DNA of 64,000 bases. Origin: an uncultured delta proteobacterium. GTDB lineage: Bacteria; Myxococcota; Myxococcia; Myxococcales; Anaeromyxobacteraceae. The stretch is taken from the NCBI GenBank assembly GCA_963828255.1, contig CAWHDZ010000025.1:32001-96000 (forward strand). Direction: 5' to 3'. The notes beneath the pieces are model-generated. The model made no database searches and was not told the origin of the DNA. It saw only the letters and a list, made by a program, of their open reading frames with translations. Shown here piece by piece: positions 61,111 through 64,000 of this stretch. Within the stretch, counting starts at the first letter, position 1. The number at the start of each line of letters is the position of its first letter. The position numbers and the translations under genes are program-made.

Positions 61111-61760
61111 ACGTGGGCGCCTGGACCGACATGGCCTTCATCCTGGTGGTGGTCCTCGACCTCTTCCTGCTGGCCTCGAGCCGGCTGGGGGCCGCCATCC
61201 GCGCCGTGGCGCTGCAGGGGGCGCTGCTCTCCCTGCTGGCGCTCCTGCTCACCGGCTCCGGCCACAGCGTCGGCCACATGCTGGTGGTCGCCGGCGGCGC
61301 GCTGGCCATCAAGGCCTTCCTCATTCCCTGGCTCATGTTCCGGGCCATCCGCGAGATGACCATCCGGCGCGAGATGGAGCCCTTGGTGGGCTACGTACCG
61401 TCCATGATCCTGGGCGGCGTGGGCGTGGTGCTCTCCTTCGCCTTCTCCCGCGGGCTCCCGCTGCCCACCAGCGAGATGCACCCCTTCCTGGTGCCCACCG
61501 CGCTGGCCACGGTGTGGACCGGCCTGCTGCTCGTGGTGGGCCGGCGCAAGGCGGTCACCCAGGTGCTGGGCTTCCTGGTGCTCGAGAACGGGGTCTTCGT
61601 CTTCGGGCTGCTGCTCACCGACTTCATGCCGGTGATGGTGGAGGCGGGCGTGCTGCTCGACCTGCTGGCCGCGGTCTTCGTGATGGGCATCGTCATGTTC
61701 CAGATCAACCGGGAGTTCGCCTCCCTCGACACCGACGCGCTCTCGTCGCTCAAGGACTAG
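61107..61760 (+). CDS. HyfE-like membrane subunit
   Basis: IKAFLIP, QVLGFLVLENG, VEAGVLLD. Confidence 0.85.
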   Translation: MNVGAWTDMAFILVVVLDLFLLASSRLGAAIRAVALQGALLSLLALLLTGSGHSVGHMLVVAGGALAIKAFLIPWLMFRAIREMTIRREMEPLVGYVPSMILGGVGVVLSFAFSRGLPLPTSEMHPFLVPTALATVWTGLLLVVGRRKAVTQVLGFLVLENGVFVFGLLLTDFMPVMVEAGVLLDLLAAVFVMGIVMFQINREFASLDTDALSSLKD

Positions 61761-61766
61761 GACGCG

Positions 61767-63197
61767 ATGATCCTCTTCGTCATCCTGGTCCCTTTCACGC
61801 TTGGTGCGGTGGCCTTCGCCTGGCCCGACAACCGGACCCGCCCGGCCCTGCTGGTCGCAGGCTCGGTCCTGCACGTGCTCGGCATCGCCTCGCTCTGGAT
61901 CCACCCCGAGGGGCCGGTGATGAACGGCTACCTCTTCCTCGACGCCGCCGGGAAGGTGGTCGTCACCACCACGTCGGCCCTCTTCCTGGCCAGCGCCATC
62001 TACGCCCAGGGCTACCTGCGCCACCGCGCCGACCGGGACAACCGGGTCTTCGTGGGCGGGCTCCTCGTCCTGCTCTCCGCCATGACCACGGTGGGGATGG
62101 CCCAGCACCTGGGCGTCCTCTGGGTGGCCATCGAGATCACCACCCTGGCCACCGCGCCGCTCATCTACTTCAACCACAACGCCAGGTCGCTCGAGGCGGC
62201 CTGGAAGTACCTGCTCGTCTCCTCCCTGGGCATCGCGCTGGCGCTCCTCGGGACCTTCTTCCTGGCCCTCTCCGGCGCAGGCCCCGGCGGCCCGAAGTCG
62301 CTGCTCCTCGAGGACCTGATCCGCGCCGGCCCCCAGCTCTCCCAGCCCTGGGTGCGGGCCGCCTTCGTCTTCCTGCTGGTGGGCTATGGCACCAAGATGG
62401 GGCTCGCCCCGCTCCACTCCTGGAAGCCGGACGCCTACGGGGAGGCCCCCGGGTTGCTGGGCGCGCTGCTCGCCGGGGGCATCACCAACTTCGCCTTCCT
62501 CTCGGTGGTTCGGGTGCTCCAGGTCACCACCGCCGCCGGCGAGGGGGCCTTCGCCCGCGACGCCCTGCTCGGCCTCGGGCTCCTCTCCATGGCGCTGGCC
62601 GCGGTCTTCATGGCGGGGCAGCGGGACTTCAAGCGGATGCTGGCCTACTCCAGCGTGGAGCACATGGGCATCCTGGCCGTTGCGCTGGGGCTGGGCGGCT
62701 CGGCCGTGACCGGCGCCTTCTACCACGTGCTCAACAACGGGCTCGCCAAGGGGGTCCTCTTTTTGACCGCCGGGAACATCCACCGCGCGTACGGGTCGAA
62801 GCGGATCGACGAGGTGCGCGGCGCGTCCCGCCGCCTGCCCATCTCCGGGCCGCTCTTCCTGGCCGGATTCCTGGCGGTGACCGGGACCCCGCCCTTCAGC
62901 CCGTTCTGGAGCGAGTTCATGATCCTGAACGGCGCCATCGCGTCCGGGCGCTACGTGGTGGCCGGCCTCTTCCTCCTCTTCCTGGCGGTGATCTTCATCG
63001 GCATGGGGGCCACGGTGCTCCACGTGGTGCAGGGGAGCGACGAGGGGGCGCCGGAGGTGCCCGGCTACCGGGAGAGCTGGCTCACCGCCGGGCCGCCGCT
63101 CGTCCTCATGCTGGCCGTGCTGGCGCTCGGCCTCTGGCTGCCCCGGCCGCTCCTGGGGCTCTTCACGGCCGCGGCGCGGCTCTTGACGGGGGCCTGA
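61767..63197 (+). CDS. HyfF-like antiporter-type subunit
   Basis: WVAIEITT, SLEAAWKY, GYGTKMGLAPLHSWKPDAY, KRMLAYSSVEHMG. Confidence 0.9.
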   Translation: MILFVILVPFTLGAVAFAWPDNRTRPALLVAGSVLHVLGIASLWIHPEGPVMNGYLFLDAAGKVVVTTTSALFLASAIYAQGYLRHRADRDNRVFVGGLLVLLSAMTTVGMAQHLGVLWVAIEITTLATAPLIYFNHNARSLEAAWKYLLVSSLGIALALLGTFFLALSGAGPGGPKSLLLEDLIRAGPQLSQPWVRAAFVFLLVGYGTKMGLAPLHSWKPDAYGEAPGLLGALLAGGITNFAFLSVVRVLQVTTAAGEGAFARDALLGLGLLSMALAAVFMAGQRDFKRMLAYSSVEHMGILAVALGLGGSAVTGAFYHVLNNGLAKGVLFLTAGNIHRAYGSKRIDEVRGASRRLPISGPLFLAGFLAVTGTPPFSPFWSEFMILNGAIASGRYVVAGLFLLFLAVIFIGMGATVLHVVQGSDEGAPEVPGYRESWLTAGPPLVLMLAVLALGLWLPRPLLGLFTAAARLLTGA

Positions 63198-63198
63198 C

Positions 63199-64000
63199 AT
63201 GACGACCCGCCTCCTCCAGGCCTGGAACGCCGAGGCCTTCGACTCGGGCGACGTCCCCATCCTCCCGGTGGACGAGTTCCAGCAGATCGTCGCCGACACC
63301 ATCGCCGCCGGGGCGCGGGTCTCGAGCTATTCGGGGCGCACCGACGGGCAGCGCACCCGGGTGACCGCGGTGCTGGCCGACGACGCCCAGGGGCGGCTGG
63401 GCGTGCTCTCCTGCCGGGTGGGCCCCTCCTGGCCCTCGCTGGCCGCCGAGTGCCCGTCCATCCAGGCCTTCGAACGGGAGATCTTCGAGCAGTTCGGCGT
63501 GCGGCCGGAGGGGCACCCCTGGCTGAAGCCGCTCCGCTTCGAGCCTCCCATCGCACCCGGAGTCGATCCCTGGGGGCGCGTGGCGAAGCCCACCACCATC
63601 CCCGGCGACTACCCCTTCTTCCGCGTCGAGGGGGAGGAGGTGCACGAGGTGGCGGTGGGGCCGGTGCACGCCGGCGTCATCGAGCCCGGACACTTCCGCT
63701 TCCAGTGCCACGGCGAGCACGTCTTCACGCTGGAGATCGTCCTGGGCTACCAGCACCGCGGGGTCGAGCGGCTGCTCCTGGGCGGGCCGGACCGGCGCAC
63801 GGTGACGCTCCTCGAGTCGGTGGCCGGGGACACCGCGGTGGGGAACGCCATCACCCACGCCAACGCGGTGGAGGCCCTGGCCGGCTTCCAGATCCCGGCC
63901 CGGGCCTCGGTGCTGCGCGGCGTGGCCCTCGAGCTGGAGCGGCTCGCCAACCACGTCGGCGATCTCGGGATGATGGCCGGGGACGTGGGCTTCCTGCCCG
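63199..64000 (+). CDS. HyfG/HycE-like (NuoC+NuoD) large subunit, Ehr type; runs off window end
   Basis: Not in the ORF track; my translation gives FEREIFEQFG..PEGHPWLKP, VGPVHAGVIEPGHFRF, LGYQHRGVE, ESVAGDT, LELERLANH. Confidence 0.88.
   Translation, partial: MTTRLLQAWNAEAFDSGDVPILPVDEFQQIVADTIAAGARVSSYSGRTDGQRTRVTAVLADDAQGRLGVLSCRVGPSWPSLAAECPSIQAFEREIFEQFGVRPEGHPWLKPLRFEPPIAPGVDPWGRVAKPTTIPGDYPFFRVEGEEVHEVAVGPVHAGVIEPGHFRFQCHGEHVFTLEIVLGYQHRGVERLLLGGPDRRTVTLLESVAGDTAVGNAITHANAVEALAGFQIPARASVLRGVALELERLANHVGDLGMMAGDVGFLP

Noticed and set aside
56210..64000. Annotation as a true formate hydrogenlyase/hydrogenase-4
   Set aside because: Large subunit lacks the N-terminal CxxC, and no formate dehydrogenase or maturation genes are visible in the window

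Overview
A very GC-rich core-chromosome segment of a myxobacterium, most consistent with an Anaeromyxobacter-like organism (mglBA behind recR-ybaB-dnaX, a RecA1-type recA, Ser/Thr kinase with PEGA/TPR partner, DUF4388-like protein). Housekeeping content: dnaE, priA, radA, recA, recR, dnaX, nth, def, galU, glpK, bioBF, pssA-pgpA-cinA, tadA, truD, SRP RNA and two tRNA-Ser. It also holds a cobalamin-riboswitch-controlled TonB/ABC uptake operon, an apparently acquired AlbA_2(Schlafen)-ATPase-HTH gene, a kinase/FHA-GAF-cyclase pair, and the start of a hydrogenase-4-like (Ehr-type) membrane complex whose large subunit lacks the first Ni-binding motif. The best candidate for an undescribed system is a dispersed sigma54-type regulon: -24/-12 motifs precede radA, comM-recA and a small unknown gene coupled to comEA, all DNA uptake or recombination functions. 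Twelve genes have a TANNNT -10 element 6-9 nt before the start codon, suggesting leaderless mRNAs. Six single-base frameshifts, mostly in G/C runs, look like long-read errors. All family assignments come from motif recognition by eye; no database searches were run.
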